Assembly (NCBI GenBank): GCA_963674705.1
Contig: OY771506.1
Coordinates: 5,376,001-5,440,000 of the forward strand
Source of the DNA: Phycisphaeraceae bacterium
GTDB lineage: Bacteria; Planctomycetota; Phycisphaerae; Phycisphaerales; Phycisphaeraceae
Direction of reading: 5' to 3'
Length of the DNA stretch: 64,000 nucleotides
Of the stretch, positions 21,162 to 30,348 are shown piece after piece. Within the stretch, counting starts at the first letter, position 1. Every line of letters starts with the position of its first letter. The position numbers and the translations under genes are program-made. The notes under the pieces are model-generated. The model searched no databases. It had not been told where the DNA came from and saw only the letters and a list, made by a program, of their open reading frames with translations.

Positions 21162-22348
21162 ACCCGCAGTGACTTGCTGCTGCTTTTGCCTGCCGCTGTG
21201 ATATCCAGCATCCGCTGAAGCGCGAGGACTGCTTGTTTACGCGCTTCAGGATGAACCGTAATCCGATTAATCACCTTGCCTTCGGCAAGATTATCCAGCA
21301 CAAACAGCAGGTGCGGCATATCGATGCGGTACATCGTCGTGCATAGACACTGACACTCCGAAAGCATCCGGACGTGCACGCCGCGTTTTTTCGCTTCATT
21401 TGCCACGCGGTTCACAAGGTGGACTTCCGTGCCGATGGCCCAGTACGTGCCCGCTTCCGCATTCTCAATCGCCTTGATGATGCCTTCGGTCGAGCCGGTC
21501 GAGTCTGCTTTCTGGCAAACCTCATACCGACACTCGGGGTGTGTGATCACATGAATGTTCGGCTGCTCGGCGCGTGCCTGATCGACGTGCTCCGGCCGGA
21601 AGAGCATGTGCACCGAGCAATGCCCCTTCCAGAGGATGTAGGTCGCGTTCAGCAACGTCTCTTCAACGTTGCCGCCGAGGATATCCGGATCGTGTGGGTC
21701 CCAGACGCAACAGGCGGTCGTAACATCCGCCCCCATCTGCGCGGCCGTGTTGCGCCCCAGATGCTGGTCGGGCAGGAACAGAATCTTAACTTCTTCGCTT
21801 TCAACTAAAGGCGTATCACCGCCGGCAAGCGCCCACTCAAAAATGCGGTCGCAGTTGCTGCTCGTGCAGACCGCCCCGCCGTGCTCGCCGCAGAACGCCT
21901 TGATTGCGGCCGTCGAATTCATGTAGCAGATCGGGATGATCCGCACTTTCTTGCCCGACTTGTCATAGAGCGAGACAAGTTGCTCCCACGCATCCACCGT
22001 CTGCTCGTAGTCGGCCATATCCGCCATCGAACAACCCGCACCGAGGTCCGGCAATATCACCTGCACGTTTTCATCGGTGAGGATGTCCGCCGTCTCCGCC
22101 ATGAAGTGCACGCCGGCGAAGATGACATACTTCGCGCCGGTCTCCTTCACGCGCTCGGCTGCAAGCTGGCTGAGCTTGAAGCTGTCGCCCGTAAAGTCGG
22201 CAAACTGGATCACCTCATCCTGCTGATAGTGATGACCCAGGATGACCAGGTCCTTGCCCAGTTCCGCCCGTCGCGCAGCGATCGCCCCGGCGAGCTGTTC
22301 GTCGGTCATTTCACTGTACTTATCAGGCAAAGGCGGCTGCCAGAGCAT
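21158..22348 (-). CDS. nadA: Quinolinate synthase
   Basis: ILGHHYQ, GDSFKL, GVHFMAETA, AGCSMADM, YMNSTA, PDQHLGRN, GHCSVH, HPEC and CTTMYRI motifs. Confidence 0.95.
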   Translation of the reverse strand: MLWQPPLPDKYSEMTDEQLAGAIAARRAELGKDLVILGHHYQQDEVIQFADFTGDSFKLSQLAAERVKETGAKYVIFAGVHFMAETADILTDENVQVILPDLGAGCSMADMADYEQTVDAWEQLVSLYDKSGKKVRIIPICYMNSTAAIKAFCGEHGGAVCTSSNCDRIFEWALAGGDTPLVESEEVKILFLPDQHLGRNTAAQMGADVTTACCVWDPHDPDILGGNVEETLLNATYILWKGHCSVHMLFRPEHVDQARAEQPNIHVITHPECRYEVCQKADSTGSTEGIIKAIENAEAGTYWAIGTEVHLVNRVANEAKKRGVHVRMLSECQCLCTTMYRIDMPHLLFVLDNLAEGKVINRITVHPEARKQAVLALQRMLDITAAGKSSSKSLRV

Positions 22349-22437
22349 GGTCGGCTCCTTGGGTCGGATGAAACACCATATTATAGGCGAGATTGGGATG
22401 TGGGGTGCAGGGAATCATACCGGGATGTGAGGCCCCC

Positions 22438-22470
22438 GATTGAACATCCCACATCGAACATTGAACATCT
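22438..22470. repeat. Degenerate heptamer tandem repeat (TYGAACA)
   Basis: gattgaacatcccacatcgaacattgaacatc immediately 3' of the permease stop codon. Confidence 0.5.
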
Positions 22471-22473
22471 ACA

Positions 22474-24369
22474 TCATCCCGTCCCGCTGAGCCGCCGCAC
22501 CGTGTGGTCGAATCCCTTGACCATCGACTGCAGCATGGCCCAGACAAAGCCGGCATAAATTGCAGTTGTAATCAGGGAAGCAAAGACGAGTGAGACACGT
22601 CCCGCGCCGGGATTATCGATGAAGTTAGCAACACTGTTCCAAGGGTCTACGATCATCAGTAGATTCGTCACCGGGCTCAGGCCGTTCATCACAGGCCCAA
22701 CAAGCGGGATGTTGCTGGCAGCACTGACGCCGCACAACCCCATTACCAGCGCCAAGCCGCCGATGATGCCGACCGATGGCACGACCGCACCGAGCACACC
22801 CTTGGCGCGGATCGAAAAGTACATCCCGATCATCACACACGCCGCCACGAAAGGCACGAGCATGAAGAGGTACAGCAGAAATGCCTCCGGCAGCATCAAT
22901 AACGGATAACGCACGGCGGTTGTTCCACCTTGGGTCACAGCAGCAACACGCACCGTCGCCTGGTCCCACTCAAACACATAATGGCCGAGTACCGCGTACA
23001 GGCTGGCTAAGAAAACGGTGATGATCGGAGCCGCCAGCAGCAGAGACAGGAAACTGACCAGCCCGCGCAGCTTACCCCAGATGTATTGCCTCGGTGAGGT
23101 CGGCGTCGTCAGCAATAGATCGAGCGTGCCATCCTCTCGCTCCCGACTCACACAACCGGCGCTCATATACAAAGCCACCAGTGTGATAACGGATACTTCC
23201 AGCAACAACAACGCAAACAGCGCTCGCTGAAACATCTCCGCCGACGAGGTATTCGGCAGCTTCGGAAGCATGTCGATGTGATGCAGGAAGATCAGCATCA
23301 CCCCCAGCAGCAGGCCGATGACGGTAAATCCCGTGCGAGCAAAGAAACCTGCGACACCCCGGCCGCGCGTCGCCGCTTCACGCCAGGCGATCGGGTTGGC
23401 CCAGACTTCACGCGCCGGCCGCCGCCGCTCTCCGCCGGACTCAACAGGCAGCCGCAATTGCTCCTTCAGCCACCGAATGAATACCCATTCGCCCTGCCCG
23501 ATCCGACGCAGCAGAACCGCACAGAACAGGATCTGGACAACACTCAGCAGCGTCGTGATCGTTGCAAAAGCAGCAAACGGTTTTGACAGGTAAAACCGGA
23601 TCACCGCCGGGTAATCCATCAACGTCTCCGGGGCCGGCGGCTGGTAGTTCGCACTGTTCAGCGATGCCTCGAGCACCAGTAACGGATGAAGCCCCGTCAG
23701 CCAGGTGGTGTTCTTGTTCGGATCGAACTTCCTCAACAATCCCACATCCAGCAGATACGCACCGATCAGGTACGCCGCGATGATGATCACAAAGCTGAAC
23801 ACCGCCTTGCGTCCGCCTACCCGCAATACAGACATCGTCACTGCCACGGTGCCCACGATCATGGCCGTGCATGCCGCGACCGAGAAACTGACCACGACCG
23901 ACCACACCGGCACACCACCGAAGATCAGCAACACCGCATACAACGGCAAGCCGCTCAGAAGCAGCGCCAGGATGAAGAACAACCTGCCGAATAGCGATCC
24001 CAGGACGATCTGAAGATTGGATAGCGGCGTCGTCAGCAGGATGTTGTACGTCTGCCCGGCTCGCTCCTGCCCGATCGCCGCAGCCATAAAAAGTGGCGAC
24101 AGCAGACAGACCAGCACGATCTGCCCGTAGCTGATGATCGCGAACACCCACGTCCCGCTCTTGGCGAGGTCCGTCAGGCTCATTTCCCCACCCATGCCGC
24201 TGCCGGGCCGAAGCAGACCGATAAGCATCAGCAGCACCAGCGCCCCGAGATAGCCCATGCGCACCCACAGATGCTGGGTCCGTTGCGACCCACCCTGCAC
24301 GATCCGGACCACCATCGGGTTCCCCGGGATCAGATGCCACAACCACATGTACACGGCACGCATACACAC
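22474..24369 (-). CDS. ABC-2-type transporter permease with duplicated membrane domain
   Basis: Two copies of the ERxxxTxxxLLxTP...IxxG motif (QERAGQTYNILLTTPL; REREDGTLDLLLTTPT), NP-containing N-termini and many TM helices. Start may be ATG 24348. Confidence 0.85.
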   Translation of the reverse strand: MCMRAVYMWLWHLIPGNPMVVRIVQGGSQRTQHLWVRMGYLGALVLLMLIGLLRPGSGMGGEMSLTDLAKSGTWVFAIISYGQIVLVCLLSPLFMAAAIGQERAGQTYNILLTTPLSNLQIVLGSLFGRLFFILALLLSGLPLYAVLLIFGGVPVWSVVVSFSVAACTAMIVGTVAVTMSVLRVGGRKAVFSFVIIIAAYLIGAYLLDVGLLRKFDPNKNTTWLTGLHPLLVLEASLNSANYQPPAPETLMDYPAVIRFYLSKPFAAFATITTLLSVVQILFCAVLLRRIGQGEWVFIRWLKEQLRLPVESGGERRRPAREVWANPIAWREAATRGRGVAGFFARTGFTVIGLLLGVMLIFLHHIDMLPKLPNTSSAEMFQRALFALLLLEVSVITLVALYMSAGCVSREREDGTLDLLLTTPTSPRQYIWGKLRGLVSFLSLLLAAPIITVFLASLYAVLGHYVFEWDQATVRVAAVTQGGTTAVRYPLLMLPEAFLLYLFMLVPFVAACVMIGMYFSIRAKGVLGAVVPSVGIIGGLALVMGLCGVSAASNIPLVGPVMNGLSPVTNLLMIVDPWNSVANFIDNPGAGRVSLVFASLITTAIYAGFVWAMLQSMVKGFDHTVRRLSGTG

Positions 24370-24452
24370 ATGATACCAGCCCGGAGCCGATCCGGTATGC
24401 CCTCAAGCCTGCCCACGTGCCCCGGCAGACGGATCGCGGTATCCTACGGTCT

Positions 24453-25190
24453 GTGTTTATTCTCAAAGCGAACAATCTGGTCAAGACTTACAGCGGGCGG
24501 ACCGTCGTCAATGATGTGTCCTACCACGTTTCGGAAGGCGAAATCGTCGGCCTGCTCGGGCGAAACGGGGCCGGCAAAACCACCAGCTTCCGTATGACGA
24601 TCGGCATGATCACCCCCGACAAGGGCGAGGTGATCTTCAACGGCCAGGAAGTCACCAAGCTGCCCATGTACCAGCGGGCCCAGCGAGGCCTGGGTTACCT
24701 GTCACAAGAGCCCAGTATCTTCCAAAGGCTGACTATCGAGCAGAACCTCATGGCCATCCTCGAAACACGCCGGTTGACCCGCGCCCAGCGCAAGAAACGG
24801 GCTGAGGAACTCATGGCCCAGTTCGATCTGACCAAGATCCGCAAGCAACACGCCCGCCTCTGCTCCGGCGGCGAAAAACGCAAACTCGAAATCGCCCGCG
24901 CCCTGATCACCGAGCCGACGTTGATCCTCCTGGATGAGCCCTTCTCAGGCGTGGACCCCGTCGCCGTGGAGGAATTACAGGTCGAGATCCGTCGCCTGCG
25001 CGATGCCGGCATCTCCGTGCTAGTCACCGATCACAACGTGCAACGAACGCTCGAGATCGTCGATCGGGCTTATGTGATTTTTGAAGGCAGTGTGTTCGCC
25101 GAAGGCACGCCCAAACAGATCATCAACGATGAACAAGTCCGCAAACTCTACCTCGGCTCCACTTTCAAGGGTGACGAATTCGACAATTAG
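24453..25190 (+). CDS. lptB: LPS export ABC transporter ATP-binding protein
   Basis: GLLGRNGAGKTTSF, LPMYQRAQRGLGYLSQEPSIF, SGGEKRKLEIAR, LLDEPFSGVDP, VTDHNV, VRKLYLG. Confidence 0.92.
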   Translation: MFILKANNLVKTYSGRTVVNDVSYHVSEGEIVGLLGRNGAGKTTSFRMTIGMITPDKGEVIFNGQEVTKLPMYQRAQRGLGYLSQEPSIFQRLTIEQNLMAILETRRLTRAQRKKRAEELMAQFDLTKIRKQHARLCSGGEKRKLEIARALITEPTLILLDEPFSGVDPVAVEELQVEIRRLRDAGISVLVTDHNVQRTLEIVDRAYVIFEGSVFAEGTPKQIINDEQVRKLYLGSTFKGDEFDN

Positions 25191-25245
25191 TACCAACAGG
25201 ATGGGTTTGCCTGAATAAGCCGCTTGCGGCTCAGCGCACGCACCT

Positions 25246-26127
25246 ATGATTCAACCGATGCCGAAACGTAAGCCACAACCTAAAACCAAATCCTCCCCGG
25301 CCACCGACCCGGATCGTGGCGTCCGTCTGCATAAAGCCATGGCAGATGCAGGTGTTGCATCGCGTCGTGATAGCGAAGAACTCATTTTGCAAGGTCGGGT
25401 CAAGGTCAACGGCCAGGTCGTCAAGAAACTGCCCGCATGGGTCGACCCATCCACCGACAAGATTACTGTCGACGGCGAACCCATCCGCAAACCTCGCAAG
25501 CAACGCCGAAGTGCCGCCAAGACCTACATCATGGTCAACAAACCCAAGCGGGTCATCAGCACAAACGATGATCCCGACGGCCGAAAGCGCGTGATCGACC
25601 TGATCGATATCCCGATCAACGACCGCCTGTATCCCGTGGGCCGACTGGACTCCGAATCCACGGGCCTGATCCTGCTGACCAATGACGGGGACCTGACCCA
25701 TCGTCTGACCCACCCCAGCTTTGAAGTCTCCAAGCGCTATCACGTTACGGTTCAGGGCAGGCTGACCGAGGATGATGTTGCCAAGCTGCGAAAAGGCATG
25801 CACCTTGCGCACAAAGGCAAACCCGGTGGCGCAGGTGCAAATGTCCGTCTGGCTGCGGCTGCAACCGTCAAAATCCTCGGCATCGAAACCGATCGGCAGC
25901 GCGGCGACCGCACGAAACTCAGCATCACGCTCAAAGAAGGCCAGAACCGCGAGGTCCGTCGTATCCTCGCCCGGCTAGGTCACAAAGTGCGCTCACTTCA
26001 CCGCGTCGCTATCGGTAAACTTAAACTTAAGGGCCTGGCGATCGGTGAGTGGCGTATGCTCACATCAACCGAAGTCAGTATGCTCTACAAAGAGGCGGGC
26101 ATAAAGCCCAACGGTAATAAACGGTAA
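25246..26127 (+). CDS. rluB: rRNA pseudouridine synthase, RluB/RsuA family, with S4 domain
   Basis: RLHKAMADAGVASRRDSEELI, PVGRLDSESTGLILLTNDG, EGQNREVRR. Confidence 0.88.
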   Translation: MIQPMPKRKPQPKTKSSPATDPDRGVRLHKAMADAGVASRRDSEELILQGRVKVNGQVVKKLPAWVDPSTDKITVDGEPIRKPRKQRRSAAKTYIMVNKPKRVISTNDDPDGRKRVIDLIDIPINDRLYPVGRLDSESTGLILLTNDGDLTHRLTHPSFEVSKRYHVTVQGRLTEDDVAKLRKGMHLAHKGKPGGAGANVRLAAAATVKILGIETDRQRGDRTKLSITLKEGQNREVRRILARLGHKVRSLHRVAIGKLKLKGLAIGEWRMLTSTEVSMLYKEAGIKPNGNKR

Positions 26128-26144
26128 CCCCCCGGTAACCACCC

Positions 26145-26786
26145 ATGTCTATCGACGCGATCAGAGAAAACTACGACTACCCCCCCTTCCTTGAAAACGA
26201 TGTCCACGACGATCCGATCGAGCAGTTCCGGCAGTGGTTTGAAGAAGCCTGGCGAAGCGATGCACGCCAGCCAAATGCCATGACATTGGCGACCTGCTCT
26301 AGGGATGGCACCCCTTCCGCTCGCGTTGTGCTGCTCAAAGGCTTCGATCACAAAGGCTTCGTCTTTTTCACCAACTACCAAAGCGCCAAAGCGGCAGACC
26401 TGGATGAAAACCCAAAGGCAACGCTTGTTTTCTATTGGCCACAGTTGTCACGCACTGTACGAATCAGCGGCTCGGTCGAAAAAGTCAGTCGGGAAGAGAC
26501 CGATGCCTACTTCATATCCCGGCCGCGCGACAGCCAACTCGGGGCATGGGCGTCAAACCAGAGCAGCGTGATCAAAAACCGGGAAGTGCTGCAAAAACAG
26601 TTCGAGCAAGCCAAGCAACGTTACGATAGCCAGGATGTCCCCACCCCGCCTCACTGGGGCGGTTATCGCGTTAAACCCAAATCGGTCGAATTCTGGCAGG
26701 GCCAGGCCAACCGCCTGCATGATCGGCTTCGCTACGTGCAGGACGGGGACCGTAAAATATGGCGTCTGCAGCGGCTGGCGCCCTGA
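26145..26786 (+). CDS. pdxH: Pyridoxine/pyridoxamine 5'-phosphate oxidase
   Basis: PNAMTLAT, RVVLLKG, FFTNYQSAK, WGGYRV, EFWQGQANRLHDR, RLAP. Confidence 0.96.
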   Translation: MSIDAIRENYDYPPFLENDVHDDPIEQFRQWFEEAWRSDARQPNAMTLATCSRDGTPSARVVLLKGFDHKGFVFFTNYQSAKAADLDENPKATLVFYWPQLSRTVRISGSVEKVSREETDAYFISRPRDSQLGAWASNQSSVIKNREVLQKQFEQAKQRYDSQDVPTPPHWGGYRVKPKSVEFWQGQANRLHDRLRYVQDGDRKIWRLQRLAP

Positions 26787-26870
26787 TTCTTGAAGTTTAG
26801 ACTTGCATCACAGCCCGTGAATGCACACAATCGCATGGCTGTGTAAGACAACATAGAAAGGTTGTGCGTT

Positions 26871-28262
26871 ATGTCATTACTCATCAAGAACGGCCGAATC
26901 ATCACCGCTATCAACGACTTCACCGGTGACATTCTTTGCGAGGGTGAGTCTATCAAGCAGATCGGCTCGAAACTGCAAGCCCCCGCCGACGCTCAAGTCA
27001 TCGACGCGACCGGTAAATACGTCTTCCCCGGCTTCATCGATCCACATGTCCACATCTACCTGCCCTTCATGGGGACCTACTCCAAGGACGACCACGCCTC
27101 GGGCAGCCGCGCAGCACTCGTCGGTGGCACGACTACTTTTATTGAAATGTGTTGCCCGGCACGCACCGAAGAACCCGCCGAAGCATTTGAACTCTGGAAC
27201 TCCAAAGCCGAAGCGGGCGCTGCCTGCGACTACTCGTTCCACATGGGCGTCACACGCTACGATGAATCCGTCGAAAAACAGATGCGACAACTCGTCGCTG
27301 ACGGCATGTCATCGTTTAAAATATTCCTGGCTTACAAAGGTGCGTTCGGCGTCAGCGATATCGAACTCTATAACACGCTCAAACTCGCCAAGGAACTGGG
27401 CGTCGTCGTAACCGCCCACTGTGAAAACGCAGACCTGGTCGCATCCAAACAAGCCGAACTCGTCGCCGAGGGTAAACTTGGACCGGAATGGCACGAGCCT
27501 TCGAGGCCGGTCAGCGTCGAAGCCGACGGCGTGCATCACTTCTGCACGTTCCTGGAAAGCACCGGCGCGAAGGGTTACATCGTCCACACAAGCAACCGCC
27601 TGGCCGTCGAAAACGCGGTGGCTGCGCAGAAACGTGGCGTGGATGTCAAGGTCGAAACCGTGATCCCCTACCTCATCATCGACGACACCTACGCACAGAA
27701 GCCGGACTTCGAGGGCGCGAAGTATGTGATGAGCCCGCCTGTCCGTTCCAAGGAACATCAGAATTTTCTCTGGAAAGCACTGGCCGACGGCCGAATCGAT
27801 ACCGTCGCGACCGATCACGCCCCGTTCGACTTCGTGGGCCAAAAAGATATGGGACACCCCGCCCGCGGCTCCGACTTCACCAAGATCCCCAACGGCATCC
27901 CCTCCATCGAAGAACGCGTCAAACTGCTGTATACCTACGGCGTCTGTGAAAACAAGATCAGCCTGAACCAGTTCGTCGCCCTGGCATCAACCAACACCGC
28001 AAAAATCTTCCACCTTCCTAACAAGGGTGACATCGCCGAAGGCGCCGACGCAGACCTCGTCATCTTCGACCCCGAATACCGCGGCAAGATCACCGCCGAA
28101 ACCCAGGAAATGAATGTCGACTACTCGGGCTTCGAAGGCATCCCCATCAAGGGCCGCCCCGAAACCGTCACCGTCCGCGGCAAAATCCAAGTGCGCGATG
28201 GGAAGTTCGTCGGTGATCAGACGTACGGCAAACTGCTGCGCCGCAAGACAGCAAACCAATAA
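26871..28262 (+). CDS. hydA: Dihydropyrimidinase (D-hydantoinase)
   Basis: PGFIDPHVH, SFKIFLAYKG, AHCEN, YVMSPP, VATDHAPF, FTKIPNG. Confidence 0.93.
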   Translation: MSLLIKNGRIITAINDFTGDILCEGESIKQIGSKLQAPADAQVIDATGKYVFPGFIDPHVHIYLPFMGTYSKDDHASGSRAALVGGTTTFIEMCCPARTEEPAEAFELWNSKAEAGAACDYSFHMGVTRYDESVEKQMRQLVADGMSSFKIFLAYKGAFGVSDIELYNTLKLAKELGVVVTAHCENADLVASKQAELVAEGKLGPEWHEPSRPVSVEADGVHHFCTFLESTGAKGYIVHTSNRLAVENAVAAQKRGVDVKVETVIPYLIIDDTYAQKPDFEGAKYVMSPPVRSKEHQNFLWKALADGRIDTVATDHAPFDFVGQKDMGHPARGSDFTKIPNGIPSIEERVKLLYTYGVCENKISLNQFVALASTNTAKIFHLPNKGDIAEGADADLVIFDPEYRGKITAETQEMNVDYSGFEGIPIKGRPETVTVRGKIQVRDGKFVGDQTYGKLLRRKTANQ

Positions 28263-28275
28263 ACATCACGACTAT

Positions 28276-28324
28276 CCGAGCCGCCGTGCCCTCACGGCGG
28301 TCCGCGTCGAGGGCGACGTGGCTC
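28276..28324 (+). repeat. REP doublet, left flank of HUH/RAYT-like gene 1
   Basis: CCGAGCCGCCGTG-ccct-CACGGCGG followed by CCGCGTCG-aggg-CGACGTGGCTC; inverted copy at 28834-28882. Confidence 0.85.
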
Positions 28325-28344
28325 AAACATCCAGGGGATTAGCC

Positions 28345-28866
28345 GTGTCTGACAGACCACTGGCCTATCACATTACGTTCGGGACCTACGGAACCCGTCT
28401 CCACGGCGATCCTCGCGGTACTGTTGACAAGACTCACAATAAACCTGGCGATCCGATCGTCGGTCAGAATGACGACTGGTTTCAGATCGAGTCGTCCAGT
28501 TTGAATGACCAACCCGTCATGCTTGATCACGCAGATCGAATACGAATCGAATGCGCGATTGAAGACGTATGCGACAAAGGGAACTGGCATTTACATATCG
28601 CTGCATGTCAATCGAATCACGTGCATGTGCTGCTTACATCGATCGACGACGGCATACTCACACGCCGGCTTCTCAAACGCTGGCTCACTGAATTGCTAGA
28701 AGACACCGCCGAAATGAATCTTAAGAATCCGGTTCGCTGGTGGGCCAAGGAGGGAAGTGTCAAGTGGGTCTGGGATCAACGCTACCTGGAGAACGTGTAT
28801 TGGTATATCGCTGAGCAACGGACAACTCCAACAGAGCCGCGTCGCCCCCGACGCGGTCCGCCGTGA
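28345..28866 (+). mobile_element. HUH (Y1, IS200/RAYT-like) tyrosine transposase/nuclease
   Basis: YHITFGTYG, HUH motif NHVHVLL, RWWAKEGS and candidate catalytic Tyr in WYIAEQ; flanked by REP-like hairpins. Confidence 0.82.
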
Positions 28867-28987
28867 GGGCACGGTGGCTCGGAACAGGTGCGTGATATAC
28901 TCGCATCAAATATCGGTTGTGCTTGAGCGTATTGAATGCATGCCGAAGTCGTTGACTTCGGTCCGCCGTGAGGGCACGGCGGCTCGG
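28834..28987 (-). repeat. REP doublet (28834-28882) plus a further single REP (28960-28987), right flank
   Basis: 28834-28882 is the reverse complement of 28276-28324 with 4 mismatches in 49 nt; 28960-28987 is GGTCCGCCGTGAGGGCACGGCGGCTCGG. Confidence 0.85.
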
Positions 28988-29020
28988 TTTTTATATTCGA
29001 CCTCCCGACATCGTAAAAAC

Positions 29021-30151
29021 TCAGTTACTCCCCAGCGCATCCGACTGTTTCACGAAGTCGTCGCCGGACCATTCTTCGTCGGCGGCGACCATCTTCTTTT
29101 TTGCGGCGGCGGCTTTGGCTTCGGCCTTGGCTTTGGCCTGCAACTCGACCAGGTGTGCATGCGTTGTGAAGTACTGAAGGCTGTGGCCCTTGAAGTCGTC
29201 GATGGTGTTGAAGCCGTGCTTATCCATGAACGCTGCAAGGTCGTCGCACATCTGCTTGACCATCGCGTAGCCGAACTTCATCACGCCGGTGCAGACCTGC
29301 ACGGTATCGCTGCCGAGCAGGATAAACTGTGCCGCGTCTTCGCCGGTCTCGATCCCGCCGATGCCTGACAGCGTTCTGCCCGGGTATTCTTTCTTAATCA
29401 CTTGGGCGATTTCCATGCACATGCGCAGCGCGATGGGCCGCACCGCTTTGCAGGAATACCCGCCCGGTGTCGTGTATCCCTCAACACTCGGCTCAGGGTG
29501 GAGCGTATCGAGATTCACACCGATCACACTGCGGATCGTATTGATCGCAGCAATCCCGTCACAACCCGCCTTCAGTGAAGCACGTGTCGGGTCTTCGATG
29601 TGCGTGATATTTGGCGTCATCTTCGCCCAGACCGGGATCTTCGTCGCTTCCATTACCCAGCCACAGACCTCTTCGAGAATTGCCGGATCTTCACCCATCG
29701 CCGCACCCATCTTGCGTTCGGGCAAACCATGCGGGCAGGAAAAGTTCAACTCGAACGCATCGACGCCGCAATCCTGACAACGTTCAACAATCTCAAACCA
29801 TGCATCCTTGTTGAATTCCTCCATGATCGAGGCGATCAGGATGCGATCTGGATACTTATCCTTAATCTGCTTGAACTCATCGATCCATACATCAAACGAG
29901 CGGTCGGATATAAGCTCGATATTCTCCCAGCCGAAGATATCCTTGCCATCATTACCGCGGAGCCTGCCGTAGCGAGGCGCGACGTTAATCACCTTGGAGG
30001 CATCGAGGCTGACGGTCTTGGCAACCACCGCGCCCCAGCCTTCATCGAACGCCTTACCGATCACGTTTGCATTCGTTCCGGGCGGGCCCGAAGCAATCAC
30101 AAACGGATTAGGCATCTCCAGGCCGTTAACAGTCACACTCAGGTCAGGCAT
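29021..30151 (-). CDS. preA: Dihydropyrimidine dehydrogenase catalytic subunit (PreA / plant PYD1-like, no C-terminal Fe-S domain)
   Basis: PNPFVIASGPP, GWENIELISDR, ELNFSCPHG, WAKMTPN, GIGGI, VQVCT; no CxxCxxC motifs at the C-terminus. Confidence 0.9.
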   Translation of the reverse strand: MPDLSVTVNGLEMPNPFVIASGPPGTNANVIGKAFDEGWGAVVAKTVSLDASKVINVAPRYGRLRGNDGKDIFGWENIELISDRSFDVWIDEFKQIKDKYPDRILIASIMEEFNKDAWFEIVERCQDCGVDAFELNFSCPHGLPERKMGAAMGEDPAILEEVCGWVMEATKIPVWAKMTPNITHIEDPTRASLKAGCDGIAAINTIRSVIGVNLDTLHPEPSVEGYTTPGGYSCKAVRPIALRMCMEIAQVIKKEYPGRTLSGIGGIETGEDAAQFILLGSDTVQVCTGVMKFGYAMVKQMCDDLAAFMDKHGFNTIDDFKGHSLQYFTTHAHLVELQAKAKAEAKAAAAKKKMVAADEEWSGDDFVKQSDALGSN

Positions 30152-30183
30152 ATGCTATCTCCAATTCTGTTATATCTTGTTTG

Positions 30184-30348
30184 AACCACAGAGACACAGA
30201 GGCACAGAGAAGAAGTGGAACAGGGATGGACACGGATAAACACAGATAATTTTAAACCGCGATTGCTTACATCCAACTATCCAATCTTAATCCGTGTTCC
30301 TCCCTGTTCCCGTCCGGCTTTCTCTGTGAACTCTGTGTCACCGTGGTT
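30184..30348. repeat. Nested inverted-repeat element (CACAGAG/CACGGAT family), copy 1
   Basis: Outer AACCACAGAGACACAGAGGCACAGAGAA pairs with TTCTCTGTGAACTCTGTGTCACCGTGGTT; inner GGAACAGGGATGGACACGGAT pairs with ATCCGTGTTCCTCCCTGTTCC. Confidence 0.8.

Noticed and set aside
23441..24484. 347-aa alternate-frame ORF within the permease, and 6908-7978 antisense ORF
   Set aside because: Overlap well-supported genes and have GC-driven compositions with no motifs.
28757..29368. 203-aa ORF with repeated VRREGT peptide
   Set aside because: Translation of REP repeats plus the antisense strand of preA.
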